Both the position numbers and the translations under genes were made by a program. The notes under the pieces are model-generated. The model saw nothing but the letters and a program-made list of their open reading frames with translations. It was not told the origin of the DNA and made no database searches. DNA of 54,327 nt, counting the filler, from a bacterium (GTDB taxonomy: Bacteria; JBBIVP01): the NCBI GenBank assembly GCA_037439705.1. It is 21 parts of 21 records of this genome, joined end to end, with 100 filler letters (N's around TTAATTAATTAA, not from the genome) between each part and the next. Parts side by side here need not be neighbours in the genome. Positions count along the whole stretch, not along the records: positions 1 to 2,740 come from JBBIVP010000217.1; positions 2,841 to 5,571 come from JBBIVP010000218.1; positions 5,672 to 8,389 come from JBBIVP010000219.1; positions 8,490 to 11,174 come from JBBIVP010000220.1; 17 more parts are not named here. One strand, given 5' to 3'. Shown in pieces: positions 1 through 10,089 of this stretch. Each line of letters begins with the position of its first letter. The first letter of the stretch is position 1.

Positions 1-1
1 A

Positions 2-1306
2 TTAAGGGATTTTGGTGTTGAGGGAAAGGTTGCAGAGGTTAGAGCGGGTCCTCTTATTACAGTTTTTGAATTTGAACCGGCTTCAGGTATAAAGGTAAGT
101 AAAATTCTGAACCTTGCAGATGACCTTGCTCTCGGAATGAAGGCTGAAAGTGTAAGAATTGTGGGTCCAATTCCCGGAAAGGGAAGGATCGGGATAGAAA
201 TAGCAAATAGGATGAGGGAAAAAGTCTATCTATCAGAGATTCTCTCATCTGAAAAGTTCAGAAGGACAGAATACAAACTTCCAATCGCCCTTGGTAAGGA
301 CATCTCCGGAGAACCGGTTATAGCTGACCTTGAGCCAATGCCCCACCTTCTTGTAGCCGGAACCACCGGATCCGGAAAAAGTGTATGCCTTCATTCAATA
401 ATTATGAGCCTACTTTTCAAAAAAACTCCTCAGGAACTCAGGTTTATAATGATTGATACAAAAATGATAGAATTAACCCTTTACAATGGGATTCCGCATC
501 TCTACTGCGAAGTCATAAGCAGTCCGAAGGATGCTCCAAAGGTTTTAAGGAGGGTTGTTGAGGAGATGGAAACGAGGTTCAGGATGATGAACAATCTTGG
601 AGTGAGGAATATAGAGCAATATAACAAACTGGCAACCAGAAAATTGGATGAATATCCGGTGATTTCCAGAATTGTTATTGTGATAGATGAAATGGCAGAC
701 CTCATGCTTACCGCTCCAAAGGAAATAGAAGAATATGTGACAAGGCTTTCTCAGATGGCGAGGGCATCAGGGATACATTTAGTGTCTGCTACACAGAGAC
801 CCTCAGTGGATGTGGTAACAGGAATTATAAAGGCGAATTTTCCTTCAAGAATAGCATTTAAGGTCATTTCAAAAATTGATTCAAGAACCATTCTTGATGT
901 AGCAGGAGCTGAACATCTTCTCGGAGCAGGGGATATGCTTTTTATGAGACCGGGGAGTTCAAAGCTTCAGAGGGTTCACGGAGCCTATGTCTCTCATGAG
1001 GAGATAAATAGGGTTGTTGATTTCCTTTCAAGTCAGGGTCAGCCTTCATACGAACTCAACCTTCAGGAATTAAAGAAAGAAGAAAAGGATGAGGAAAAGG
1101 AAGAAGAGAGTTTTCACGATGAGAGGCACGAAGAAGCAATAGAGATTGTTAGAAGGGAAAGAGAAATTTCAATTTCAAAGCTTCAGAGAAGGATGAGAAT
1201 AGGTTTCAATCGTGCAGCAAGAATAATAGAAGAAATGGAGAAAGAAGGAATAATAGTGAAAGACCCTAATTCTGGAAAATATATTTATAAGGAGGAAAAG
1301 AGATGA
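2..1306 (+). CDS. ftsK: DNA translocase FtsK, C-terminal part (5' truncated by window edge)
   Basis: Frame open from base 2 (LRDFGVEG...FEFEPASGIKVSKI); Walker A GTTGSGKS, IDEMADLM, ATQRPSVDV, gamma domain LQRRMRIGFNRAARIIEEME. Confidence 0.97.
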   Translation, partial: LRDFGVEGKVAEVRAGPLITVFEFEPASGIKVSKILNLADDLALGMKAESVRIVGPIPGKGRIGIEIANRMREKVYLSEILSSEKFRRTEYKLPIALGKDISGEPVIADLEPMPHLLVAGTTGSGKSVCLHSIIMSLLFKKTPQELRFIMIDTKMIELTLYNGIPHLYCEVISSPKDAPKVLRRVVEEMETRFRMMNNLGVRNIEQYNKLATRKLDEYPVISRIVIVIDEMADLMLTAPKEIEEYVTRLSQMARASGIHLVSATQRPSVDVVTGIIKANFPSRIAFKVISKIDSRTILDVAGAEHLLGAGDMLFMRPGSSKLQRVHGAYVSHEEINRVVDFLSSQGQPSYELNLQELKKEEKDEEKEEESFHDERHEEAIEIVRREREISISKLQRRMRIGFNRAARIIEEMEKEGIIVKDPNSGKYIYKEEKR

Positions 1307-1938
1307 AGAAAATGGTAATGGTGATGGCAGTCTTGTTCTTTGCCTTTAAGGCTTCAGCACTTGACCTTTCAGAAGTCACAAACAGGATTCAGAAAAAGTA
1401 CGAGGGGATAAATGAACTAAAAGCGAAGTTCGTTCAAAAGGTAACATACAGGAATATAGGTAGAACGCAGAAGGACGAAGGGATTGTGAGATTTAAAAGA
1501 CCGGATAAAATGAAGTGGGAATATTCTTCAGGAGAAGTTGTTGTATGTGATGGAGAAAAGATATGGTTTTACATGCCCGATGAATCAAGGGCGATGAAAG
1601 CAGATATGAAAACAGCATTTTCAACCAGCACGCCATCAAATTTCCTTTCCGGAATGGGAAAACTCAACGAGGAGTTTAAGGTCAGTATAAAATCTTCCAA
1701 GAAAGACATAATCTGTCTGAATCTGGACCCAAAAACCCCTATAGAAAATATGAAAGAACTTGTTATATGCGTTGATACAAAAGAATTCCTTGTAAGGAGT
1801 TCAAGCCTTCTTGACAATCTCGGGAATGAGACCGTTATAGAGTTTAAAGAGATTGAGGTGAATAAGGGTATTGAGGATAAGGAGTTTGAGTTCAAACTCC
1901 CTCAAGGGGTGGAGGTGATAGAGCCTCCTAAGAAGTGA
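1303..1938 (+). CDS. lolA: Outer-membrane lipoprotein chaperone LolA
   Basis: Signal peptide; AKFVQ, FKRPDKMKWEY, VCDGEKIWFY, C-terminal F.F..P.GV; conserved ftsK-lolA order with ATGA overlap. Confidence 0.9.
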   Translation: MKKMVMVMAVLFFAFKASALDLSEVTNRIQKKYEGINELKAKFVQKVTYRNIGRTQKDEGIVRFKRPDKMKWEYSSGEVVVCDGEKIWFYMPDESRAMKADMKTAFSTSTPSNFLSGMGKLNEEFKVSIKSSKKDIICLNLDPKTPIENMKELVICVDTKEFLVRSSSLLDNLGNETVIEFKEIEVNKGIEDKEFEFKLPQGVEVIEPPKK

Positions 1939-1957
1939 TATTGCAGGACATGTCTCT

Positions 1958-2413
1958 CTATTTTACCCAGCCATCTTCATCAGTGATAATGATAATTTTT
2001 TTCTTCTTGTTTATAACAAGTGTGTATCTGTTAAGTATATCCCTACCAAGAAGACTTGGGATTTTCTTTATCTTCTCTTCATCTTCTTTAGTTTTGGGCT
2101 TATGCTTTGGAACAAACATTTCACTCAATTTTTCTGTATGAATTTTGCCATCATCCGATACAAAAACAAGTTTTACATCTCGTACAAAATATATCTCTAC
2201 AGAACCCCCAATCCCTACCGATTTTTTGTCTGATTTCTGGAGTTGGGAATATGCTATCCCAAGCCTTTCCCTGTCTCCTTCAGAAATGATAGTTTTTGAT
2301 GAGTCAGTGTCAACCAGAAACTCAACGGAACCTTTTATGTTAAAATTTTCACATAAAACTTCAGCATGTATAAATGGGGCATCATATTCGCCCCAGTAAC
2401 CTTTGAGTCTCAT
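1958..2413 (-). CDS. Retropepsin-like (clan AA) aspartic protease with DTD in place of DTG
   Basis: FLVDTDSSKTII, flap-like GIGG, SLLGRDIL. Confidence 0.8.
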   Translation of the reverse strand: MRLKGYWGEYDAPFIHAEVLCENFNIKGSVEFLVDTDSSKTIISEGDRERLGIAYSQLQKSDKKSVGIGGSVEIYFVRDVKLVFVSDDGKIHTEKLSEMFVPKHKPKTKEDEEKIKKIPSLLGRDILNRYTLVINKKKKIIIITDEDGWVK

Positions 2414-2664
2414 AGTATGAGTTCTACTTTTTCTGGACTGATATATTTTATCGGGATAACCAGACTCGCATCCTTATACTTTTTATTTATCCTCTCCACT
2501 AACTTCTTTATGTCCTTATCGTGGTCAATTACCCTCTGGTTTTTTATTGCTACATATTGATATGGATACTTCTTAATGAGCTCATTGTAATGTCTATGGA
2601 GCCATTTTGAGTTCCTTTCAAACATTTTCAGTTTTTTTATAGCTATTTCCACATAAACCTCCAT
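2410..2664 (-). CDS. DUF5678-like small protein
   Basis: W...HY.EL..KYP.QYVAIKNQRVIDHDKD pattern; 4-bp overlap with the protease gene. Confidence 0.7.
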   Translation of the reverse strand: MEVYVEIAIKKLKMFERNSKWLHRHYNELIKKYPYQYVAIKNQRVIDHDKDIKKLVERINKKYKDASLVIPIKYISPEKVELIL

Positions 2665-2740
2665 TTTTATTATAATTCCATATTAGCGCATCTTTTATAT
2701 TTCTTCAATCTCATTGTGTATGCTACCACTTGCTCCTTTT

Positions 2741-2840
2741 NNNNNNNNNNNNNNNNNNNNNNNNNNNNNNNNNNNNNNNNNNNNTTAATTAATTAANNNN
2801 NNNNNNNNNNNNNNNNNNNNNNNNNNNNNNNNNNNNNNNN
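2741..2840. other. Artificial contig spacer (first of 20)
   Basis: N44-TTAATTAATTAA-N44, stops in all six frames. Others at 5572-5671, 8390-8489, 11175-11274, 13958-14057, 16724-16823, 19480-19579, 22202-22301, 24912-25011, 27554-27653, 30161-30260, 32744-32843, 35291-35390, 37787-37886, 40274-40373, 42724-42823, 45158-45257, 47549-47648, 49840-49939, 52116-52215. Confidence 0.99.
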
Positions 2841-2895
2841 GACGGCGGATGACAAATTTGCCATATTTTCCAATTTTAGATAAGATAAATCTATA

Positions 2896-5532
2896 ATGGA
2901 AAAGAATCTGAAAACAGAATATGAAAGGTTAAGTGGTTACCTCAAAAACAAACACACAAGATTTCTTTTTCTCTATATCCTCTTTTCCGGCCTCAAAAGC
3001 CTCCTTACAGGTTTAATTTTTCTACTCTGGATCGAGATTCTATTTTTCTTGTTCAAATTTGAATTCACAAACTCTTTCAGGATAACTTATTTATCTTTCT
3101 TTACAGGCTTCTTCCTTTTCCTTCACATGCTGAATCTGAAAAAAAAGATAAGTTTCCTTTCAGGAACTGGAGAGGAGATGAGAAATGCCCTTGAAATTGT
3201 GAATTCTCAACACCCATGGGAATCCCATGAACTCAAAATCGTTTATCTGAAAAGGGTTTTATCCCTTCTTCTGCCGGAAAGGGATTTTGCAAAAAGGCTC
3301 CTTCGTCCGTTTTACATTTTTCTCACTTTTCTTATCTCCTGCGGTATTTATTTCTCCTTCTCTTTCATAAAAATTGAAAAAAGGTATTTTCTCTCTCCGG
3401 AGATATTCAAAGAAGCGATTTTAAAAATAACCCCTCCTCCCTACACAAAACTTGAAGGATATGAAACAAGAACTACAAGTGGGAGGTTTAAAATTTTGAA
3501 GGGCTCAAATGTGGAGATATACGCAACCCTCATAAAAACAAAAGGAGCACCTTCATTCAGGCTCTGTGAAGAAAAAATTCCTTTTGAAAAAACTGGCGAC
3601 AAATACCAAATCTCTTTTCCCATGGAAAGGGAGTGCGAATTTGAGGTTCAGATAGAAAACAGGTTTTCCATAAGACATCATTCACCCTTCTATTTTGAAC
3701 TGGAAAGGGACGAGTATCCTGAGGTTGAGTTGAGTTATCCCAGGGAGGATATAGTTATGAAAAGCGGTGAAAGGGACATTGAAGTCCAGTTTTCAGCATC
3801 AGATGATTACGGAATATCATCAATTCAACTGGTCTATTCTGTTTCAGGGAGTGAGTTCAGGATAAATTATGAAAAACCCCTTCAAAACACAAAAAGGAAA
3901 GATGGAAAATTCCTTCTTGAAACTTCAAAATTTCCAGAAGATGTTGACATTTATTTATATGTGGAGGTTAAAGATAATGATTATGTCAGCGGTCCAAAAA
4001 TTTCAAGGTCAAAAAGCATAAACATTCACATAATTGGAGAATCCTCCGCCAGAGAACAAAAATTTAAAGATATAAGAAACCTTTATGAAAAAACCATTAA
4101 ACTACTTGCTCGGGCAATAGGATATTATGCTCAAAAAGTCCAGAAAGAAAAACTCATTAAGGAGATTACCATTATCAAAAAAGAGGCAGAGGCAATAAAA
4201 AAAGACCTTGAAGGTATGGGATTTTCAAAATTTTTAACCTCTTTTCTCATATCCCTTCCGGAAAGACTTGAAAATCTCAAAAAAGCAGTGGCTTCTTTTA
4301 TGAGAAAAGAAGCGGTATCAGAGGCAGAAGAAATAGTATATAAACTTACTGAGGAATTGAAACTTCAGACAATCTCTGATGCATACGCTACGGCAGAAAA
4401 AATAAAAAAACTCGTTGAGATGGCAAAATCAGCATTGAATGAAGGCAAAAAAGAACTGGCTGAAATTCTAACAAAAAAAGCGGAACAGGAAATGAAAAAA
4501 CTGAAGGAACTCATCTCACAACTTCCATCAGAAATCATCACAGAATTCATCAATCCGGATGCACTTCAGGCAATGGAATCAATGAAGGAAAAATCTCCTG
4601 ATGAATACATTCAGAGCCTTGAAGAACTCATAAAGAACCTTGAAAATGCTGGAAGAACCGTAGCAATGGGAGGAAACCCGGAATTCTTCAAAAACCTTAA
4701 AGAAGCGAAGGAAAAAATCTCTTCTCTCATAGAAAAGGAAACACAACTGAAAAACAAAACAGAAGGCGCTATCTCTCAATGCAGAGGAAATTCTCCATCA
4801 GAAGATTTTGATGAACTTATGAAAAGAACCGAAAAAGTTCTCAAAAGTTCTAAAGAAAGGCTCAAAAGGGCACTTAAAAATCCTGAGACATTAAAAGAAG
4901 TTCTAAGAGATTATAAATTAGCCTTTGAAGCAGGAAAGCGAGAATATGCGGAATTCTACCTCAGGGAATTTGAAAGAATGAGCAATAATTTGGGTCAATA
5001 CGAGAAAGAATTTTATGAACTTGCAAGAAAGGCAAATGAATTGAGGGAAAGAATTTCAAAAAGTGGAAGGGTATATGAGGAAATCCCGATGGATGAAGCA
5101 CAAAAACTCGGTGATGAACAGAAAAACATAAGGGCAGAAACAGAGGAGTTGCTGGAAAAGATGGGAGGGGTTATTCCATCGCTAAGAGAGGCAAAAAGGC
5201 ACATGGAGGATGCTGAAGGAATGCTGAGGGGAAAACTTATGGAAAATGCTATGGAATCTGAAGAAAAAGCCATAAATTCTTTAAAAAGTGCAGAGAACGA
5301 AACTTCTCAAAGACTTTCAGAGATTGAAGAGGGATGGAAGGGAATTGCGAGGTTTTTGAAAGAGGGTGAAGGAATGGGGAATAGACTCTCAGCAGAAAGG
5401 GTTGAAATACCGAAAAAAGAAGAAACATTTTTGAACGAATTGAGGAGAGAAGTTCTTGAAATCCTCAAAAAGGGGCTTCCCGAAATACACGAGGATGAAA
5501 ACAGGAGATACTATGAGGAGATTATTAAGTAG
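2896..5532 (+). CDS. DUF4175-like membrane-anchored Ig-like/coiled-coil protein
   Basis: Three N-terminal TM segments, ITPPPYT, A.DDYGI, long coiled coil, C-terminal RRYYEEI. Confidence 0.7.
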   Translation: MEKNLKTEYERLSGYLKNKHTRFLFLYILFSGLKSLLTGLIFLLWIEILFFLFKFEFTNSFRITYLSFFTGFFLFLHMLNLKKKISFLSGTGEEMRNALEIVNSQHPWESHELKIVYLKRVLSLLLPERDFAKRLLRPFYIFLTFLISCGIYFSFSFIKIEKRYFLSPEIFKEAILKITPPPYTKLEGYETRTTSGRFKILKGSNVEIYATLIKTKGAPSFRLCEEKIPFEKTGDKYQISFPMERECEFEVQIENRFSIRHHSPFYFELERDEYPEVELSYPREDIVMKSGERDIEVQFSASDDYGISSIQLVYSVSGSEFRINYEKPLQNTKRKDGKFLLETSKFPEDVDIYLYVEVKDNDYVSGPKISRSKSINIHIIGESSAREQKFKDIRNLYEKTIKLLARAIGYYAQKVQKEKLIKEITIIKKEAEAIKKDLEGMGFSKFLTSFLISLPERLENLKKAVASFMRKEAVSEAEEIVYKLTEELKLQTISDAYATAEKIKKLVEMAKSALNEGKKELAEILTKKAEQEMKKLKELISQLPSEIITEFINPDALQAMESMKEKSPDEYIQSLEELIKNLENAGRTVAMGGNPEFFKNLKEAKEKISSLIEKETQLKNKTEGAISQCRGNSPSEDFDELMKRTEKVLKSSKERLKRALKNPETLKEVLRDYKLAFEAGKREYAEFYLREFERMSNNLGQYEKEFYELARKANELRERISKSGRVYEEIPMDEAQKLGDEQKNIRAETEELLEKMGGVIPSLREAKRHMEDAEGMLRGKLMENAMESEEKAINSLKSAENETSQRLSEIEEGWKGIARFLKEGEGMGNRLSAERVEIPKKEETFLNELRREVLEILKKGLPEIHEDENRRYYEEIIK

Positions 5533-5671
5533 CATAATCCTTCTCATTGCAATTAATGGAAGTGCAAAAGANNNNNNNNNNNNNNNNNNNNNNNNNNNNN
5601 NNNNNNNNNNNNNNNTTAATTAATTAANNNNNNNNNNNNNNNNNNNNNNNNNNNNNNNNNNNNNNNNNNNN

Positions 5672-6022
5672 GATATAATAAACCTTCCTTTACTTAAAAA
5701 TGATGAAGAGTTTTACATATATCCAAAAACCTTTACAGGCTTTTACAGAGGGTTTGAACTTCATTCAAATATGAAGGGCTTTAAAAGGATAATGGATGCG
5801 GATGGGATATACATAAATGAAAAAGACGCGGGGAAATACGCTCTTAAAAATGGTGAGAAGGTGTTTTTAAAATTGGGTGAAGAAAAGGTAGAAAGGAAGG
5901 TTTTCATAAAGAACAACATTAAAGAAGGAGTTCTGGAAATCATTCCTTCTTTTAAAGAGATTCATGAAATTCTTTCAATGAAAGCAAAGGGAATTATTCC
6001 AAAGGGGAATCTTGAGAAATGA
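5672..6022 (+). CDS. C-terminal molybdopterin dinucleotide-binding-like domain (5' truncated)
   Basis: Frame open from contig start; INEKDAGKYALKNGEKV resembles the IN..DA...GI..GD.V motif of Mo/W-enzyme domain IV. Confidence 0.5.
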   Translation, partial: DIINLPLLKNDEEFYIYPKTFTGFYRGFELHSNMKGFKRIMDADGIYINEKDAGKYALKNGEKVFLKLGEEKVERKVFIKNNIKEGVLEIIPSFKEIHEILSMKAKGIIPKGNLEK

Positions 6023-6852
6023 AGGAAATTGTTAGGATGAAAAAACTCATTCCGAACTTCAATGAAATGGTGATTTATCACCCATATATTGCAAAAAAAG
6101 CGAGAGGGGGGCAGTTCGTAATAGTAAGAGCTGATGATACTGGAGAAAGAATTCCTTTAAGCATAAGTGATTATAACAGGGAAGAGGGAACCATAACAAT
6201 TGTTTTTGAAGAGGCAGGTGTATCAACGAGAAAGCTGGCAATGAGAAAAGAAGGGGATGTGCTTCCTACGGTTGCAGGTCCTTTGGGAACGCCGTCCAGC
6301 ATTGAAAAATTTGGTAAGGTGCTTTTGATAGGAGGGTGTTATGGAATAGGTGCCATTTATTCCATTGAAAAAGAACTAAAGGAGATGGAAAATACTGTTA
6401 TAGTGGGAATTGAGGCAAGGTCATCTGCTTTTCTTTTCTGGAGGGAGAAGCACATAAATTGTGCGGATGCATTTTATCCACTTACAAGAGATGGTTCGGA
6501 AGGATTAAAAGGACATGTGGATGCAATAATAGATAGGGTTATACAGGATTTTGGAAACATAGACAGGGTTTTTGCAATCGGGTGCACATTGATGATGAAA
6601 AAGGTAGCAGAAAAGACAAAACCTCTTGGAATAAAAACCATTGTAAACCTTAATCCCATAATGATTGATGGGACAGGGATGTGCGGGGTTTGCAGGGTAA
6701 ATGTGGGAGGGAAGATGAAGTTTGCCTGTGTGGATGGACCGGATTTTGATGCCCATGAGGTTGACTGGGATGTTCTGATTATGAGAAAGAAAGCGTATGT
6801 TGATGAGGAAATGACTTCTCTTATGATGATGGAATGCATGAAGGATTTTTAA
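6019..6852 (+). CDS. nfnA: NfnA/SudB-type FAD/[2Fe-2S] subunit of electron-bifurcating transhydrogenase
   Basis: GQFVIVR..ERIPLSI, GPLG, NPIMIDGTGMCGVCRV, FACVDGPDFD. Confidence 0.88.
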   Translation: MKEIVRMKKLIPNFNEMVIYHPYIAKKARGGQFVIVRADDTGERIPLSISDYNREEGTITIVFEEAGVSTRKLAMRKEGDVLPTVAGPLGTPSSIEKFGKVLLIGGCYGIGAIYSIEKELKEMENTVIVGIEARSSAFLFWREKHINCADAFYPLTRDGSEGLKGHVDAIIDRVIQDFGNIDRVFAIGCTLMMKKVAEKTKPLGIKTIVNLNPIMIDGTGMCGVCRVNVGGKMKFACVDGPDFDAHEVDWDVLIMRKKAYVDEEMTSLMMMECMKDF

Positions 6853-6864
6853 AAGGAGAAAAGA

Positions 6865-8265
6865 ATGCCTAAGGAAATAAAACTTGAAAGAGTTCCTATG
6901 CCAAAGCAATCACCTGAGGTCAGAAGGAAAAATTTCCTTGAGGTTGCTCTCGGTTATACGCCTGAACTTGCCATGGAGGAAGCAAAGAGGTGTCTTCAGT
7001 GTAAAAAGCCACTATGTGTTCAGGGATGTCCTGTTGAGATTAATATTCCGGCTTTTATAAAACATATAGTAGAGGGGGATTTTGATAAGGCGATAAGAAA
7101 ATTGAAGGAGAAAAACCTTCTTCCTGCTGTCTGCGGAAGGGTATGTCCGCAGGAGGAACAGTGCGAGAAATTCTGCGTCCTTGAAAAAAAGGGAGCGCCC
7201 ATTGCTATAGGAAGGCTTGAGAGGTTTTCAGCAGACTGGGAGGCAAAAACTGGAAAACTTCAGATTCCTGAAATTTCTCCTCCTACTGGAAAGAAAGTGG
7301 CAATTGTTGGTTCGGGACCAGCAGGGCTCACAATAGCAAGTGACCTAATTCAGTTCGGGCATTCTGTTACTGTTTTTGAAGCACTGCATGCTCCAGGAGG
7401 TGTTCTTACATACGGAATTCCAGAATTCAGGCTTCCAAAGGAAATAGTTTACAGGGAGGTTGATTTCATAAAGAAACTTGGAGTGAATCTCATGCTTGAT
7501 TTTGTTGTTGGAATGACAGCCACCCTTGATGAACTTTTTGAGGAATTTGATGCAGTTTTTCTTGGAACAGGAGCAGGGCTTCCGTGGTTCATGGAGATTG
7601 AGGGAGAACATTATAATGGAATTTACTCCGCCAATGAATATTTGACACGGAACAATCTTATGAGGGGATATGAGTTTCCGAAGTCAGATACTCCAATAAA
7701 GAGGGCAAAAAGGGTAGCAGTTATAGGTGGTGGAAATGTGGCAATGGATTCTGCGCGAACCGCTTTAAGGCTTGGAGCAGAGGAGGTTAGAATTGTTTAC
7801 AGAAGGTCAAGGGCGGAAATGCCTGCTCGGCTTGAAGAAATAGAGAATGCAGAGGAAGAGGGAGTTATATTTGAGTTTCTGACCCTCCCAAAAAGGTATA
7901 TTGCTGATGATTTTGGATGGATAAAGGAAATAGAATGTATAAGAATGAGACTCGGTGAACCCGATGCTTCAGGAAGAAGGAGACCAATTCCAATTGAGGG
8001 TTCTGAGTTTAGAATTCCCGTTGATGCGGTGGTTGTTTCCATAGGACAATCTCCAAATCCATTGATTCCGAAGACAACAAAAGGACTTGAAACAGGTAAA
8101 TGGGGGAACATAGTTGTTGACCCGAAAACAGGTAAGACATCAAAGAAAGGAGTGTGGGCAGGTGGAGATGTGGTGAGGGGTGGAGCAACCGTGATTCTTG
8201 CCATGGGAGATGCGAGGATATCAGCCCGTTCAATCCATCAATACCTTGTGGAAGGAATCTGGTAA
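6865..8265 (+). CDS. nfnB: NfnB/SudA (GltD-like, often annotated gltA) subunit
   Basis: RCLQC..P.CVQGCP, VCGRVCPQEEQC, GSGPAG, GGGNVAMD, GGDVVRGGATVILAM; directly downstream of nfnA. Confidence 0.9.
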   Translation: MPKEIKLERVPMPKQSPEVRRKNFLEVALGYTPELAMEEAKRCLQCKKPLCVQGCPVEINIPAFIKHIVEGDFDKAIRKLKEKNLLPAVCGRVCPQEEQCEKFCVLEKKGAPIAIGRLERFSADWEAKTGKLQIPEISPPTGKKVAIVGSGPAGLTIASDLIQFGHSVTVFEALHAPGGVLTYGIPEFRLPKEIVYREVDFIKKLGVNLMLDFVVGMTATLDELFEEFDAVFLGTGAGLPWFMEIEGEHYNGIYSANEYLTRNNLMRGYEFPKSDTPIKRAKRVAVIGGGNVAMDSARTALRLGAEEVRIVYRRSRAEMPARLEEIENAEEEGVIFEFLTLPKRYIADDFGWIKEIECIRMRLGEPDASGRRRPIPIEGSEFRIPVDAVVVSIGQSPNPLIPKTTKGLETGKWGNIVVDPKTGKTSKKGVWAGGDVVRGGATVILAMGDARISARSIHQYLVEGIW

Positions 8266-8489
8266 GGATTTATTCCAAACAATATCTTGCCCTTCGGTTT
8301 TCAAATTTTTTCTTTAATGTCGCTTTTCTCATTTGCGGTATGTTTTTATCTTATCTTTATTCTCCCTTAACTTTTTCAAAATCTCCTCTNNNNNNNNNNN
8401 NNNNNNNNNNNNNNNNNNNNNNNNNNNNNNNNNTTAATTAATTAANNNNNNNNNNNNNNNNNNNNNNNNNNNNNNNNNNNNNNNNNNNN

Positions 8490-9589
8490 AGATGGGGAGT
8501 GTATGTGAAGAATAGGGATAACGAGGGGAATATAAGAACGGATTTGCTCGGTAAGGATAATGAACACTGGAATTTCTTTCTTGATACGGATGGCTCTGTA
8601 ATGTATGGCTCAAACTGGAGGGATAACGGTGATGGGACATGGACAGCAGATGAAATATTAACCCGATACAGTCCCCTTGATTTATACCTTATGGGATTTT
8701 ATTAAGCGGATGAGGTTCCACCATTTTTTATAATAGAACCTGCTCCTGGAACCCAATATCTACCAACAGACATACCTGTTGCAGGCGCAACTATTAAAGG
8801 GACAAAAATGGAGATAAAGATATCTGATGTGATATCTGCTGTGGGTGAAAGGAAGCCATCAAAAGAGGATTCTCAGAAGGAATTCAGAGCAGCATTTATT
8901 TATCTTACAGCACCTGGAACAACGCCTTCATCTTCAGAGTTAAAGGCAATAGACAATATAAGACGGGCATGGGCAAATGAGTTCTTCTTTCTGACAAAAG
9001 GAAGGGGAATAATGGAAACTGAGCTCCTTGAGGTCCCACCTAAACCCGTAGCAGAACATCCGAGCATTCAGCTTGGTATTGAGTACCTTTTGAGCAATCA
9101 GAGGGGAGATGGTTCATGGGCTGATGAGGAGAGCACAGCAATAAGGGATACTTCATCTGTCGTTGATGCATTTAGGTTATTTAGTAATGATAGGAGAGCA
9201 CAGGATGCAATGGAGAGGGGTATAGCAATTCTTACCAGATTGGAGGCGAGTAGCGTTGATTATTTTTCAAGGCAGATTGCATCCCTTAATTTTGGTGGGG
9301 GGATGCTTGAGAAACTAAACTCCTTCAAGAATAGAGACAAAGGATGGGGTATATCTGAGGGATACATCAGCGATGTTTATGATTCTGCATTAGCCCTTTA
9401 TGCGCTTTCAGATAAAAAATCAGTTGAATATATTCTTGGGATGCAGAATCCTGATGGAGGTTGGGGAGATAGGGATTCAAGCAAAAGCCAGGTTTTTTAA
9501 TGAAGATAAAACCAATAGAGATTATATTTGATACATCCAATTTACCCGATTTGATAATAGAAAACATATCCTTCTTCCCTGGATGTTGA
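8490..9589 (+). pseudogene. Degraded large surface protein (peptidase-like N part, QW/prenyltransferase-like repeats, CARDB-like fragment)
   Basis: ORFs 8499-8705 and 8808-9500 share a frame separated by one TAA (MGFY*ADEVPPFF); QRGDGSW and QNPDGGWG repeats; abrupt stop, then an LPDLIIENISFFP fragment in another frame. Confidence 0.7.
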
Positions 9590-9809
9590 AAAGGGTGAAA
9601 AAGAGAAGAAGGAGAAGGCAGTAAGGTTGATAGAGGACGTGAAGATAAGAGAAATAAAAGATATCTGTGATATAGAGGAGAACATAGAAGATATAAAAAA
9701 GGCGATATATGAGGTAAAGAGGATAAAATCAATAGACACTTCCCTGTGCAGATTCTCCCTTGATTATGTCCTTGAATACTGGCTGAGGAGGTGGTGGTTA
9801 AATTCTCAG

Positions 9810-9967
9810 ACATTGTTACCACGGGGGAAATGATAAAATTGGATGAAAAGGTTCTATTTTTTGTGTAGAGTGCCTTGAAAGGAATAGGGCTTACCATAAA
9901 TCCCTTTCGCTAAAAGATAAAAATGGGGCTCCGCCCCTCAAAAACACTTACAGGGTGGTAACGATCT
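9810..9967 (+). mobile_element. Putative MITE, copy A
   Basis: Imperfect TIRs ACATTGTTACCAC / GTGGTAACGATCT; body nearly identical to 42848-42993. Confidence 0.7.
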
Positions 9968-10089
9968 ATATGTTCAGTACAATCTTAACTTTTTCAAAAA
10001 ATTAATTTCAAATAAGCAGAAGAAATTGTATAAGTTGGGAGTTATAATAATTTGTGTAAAGTGGGGTATGAATAGAGAAAACAAATTTT

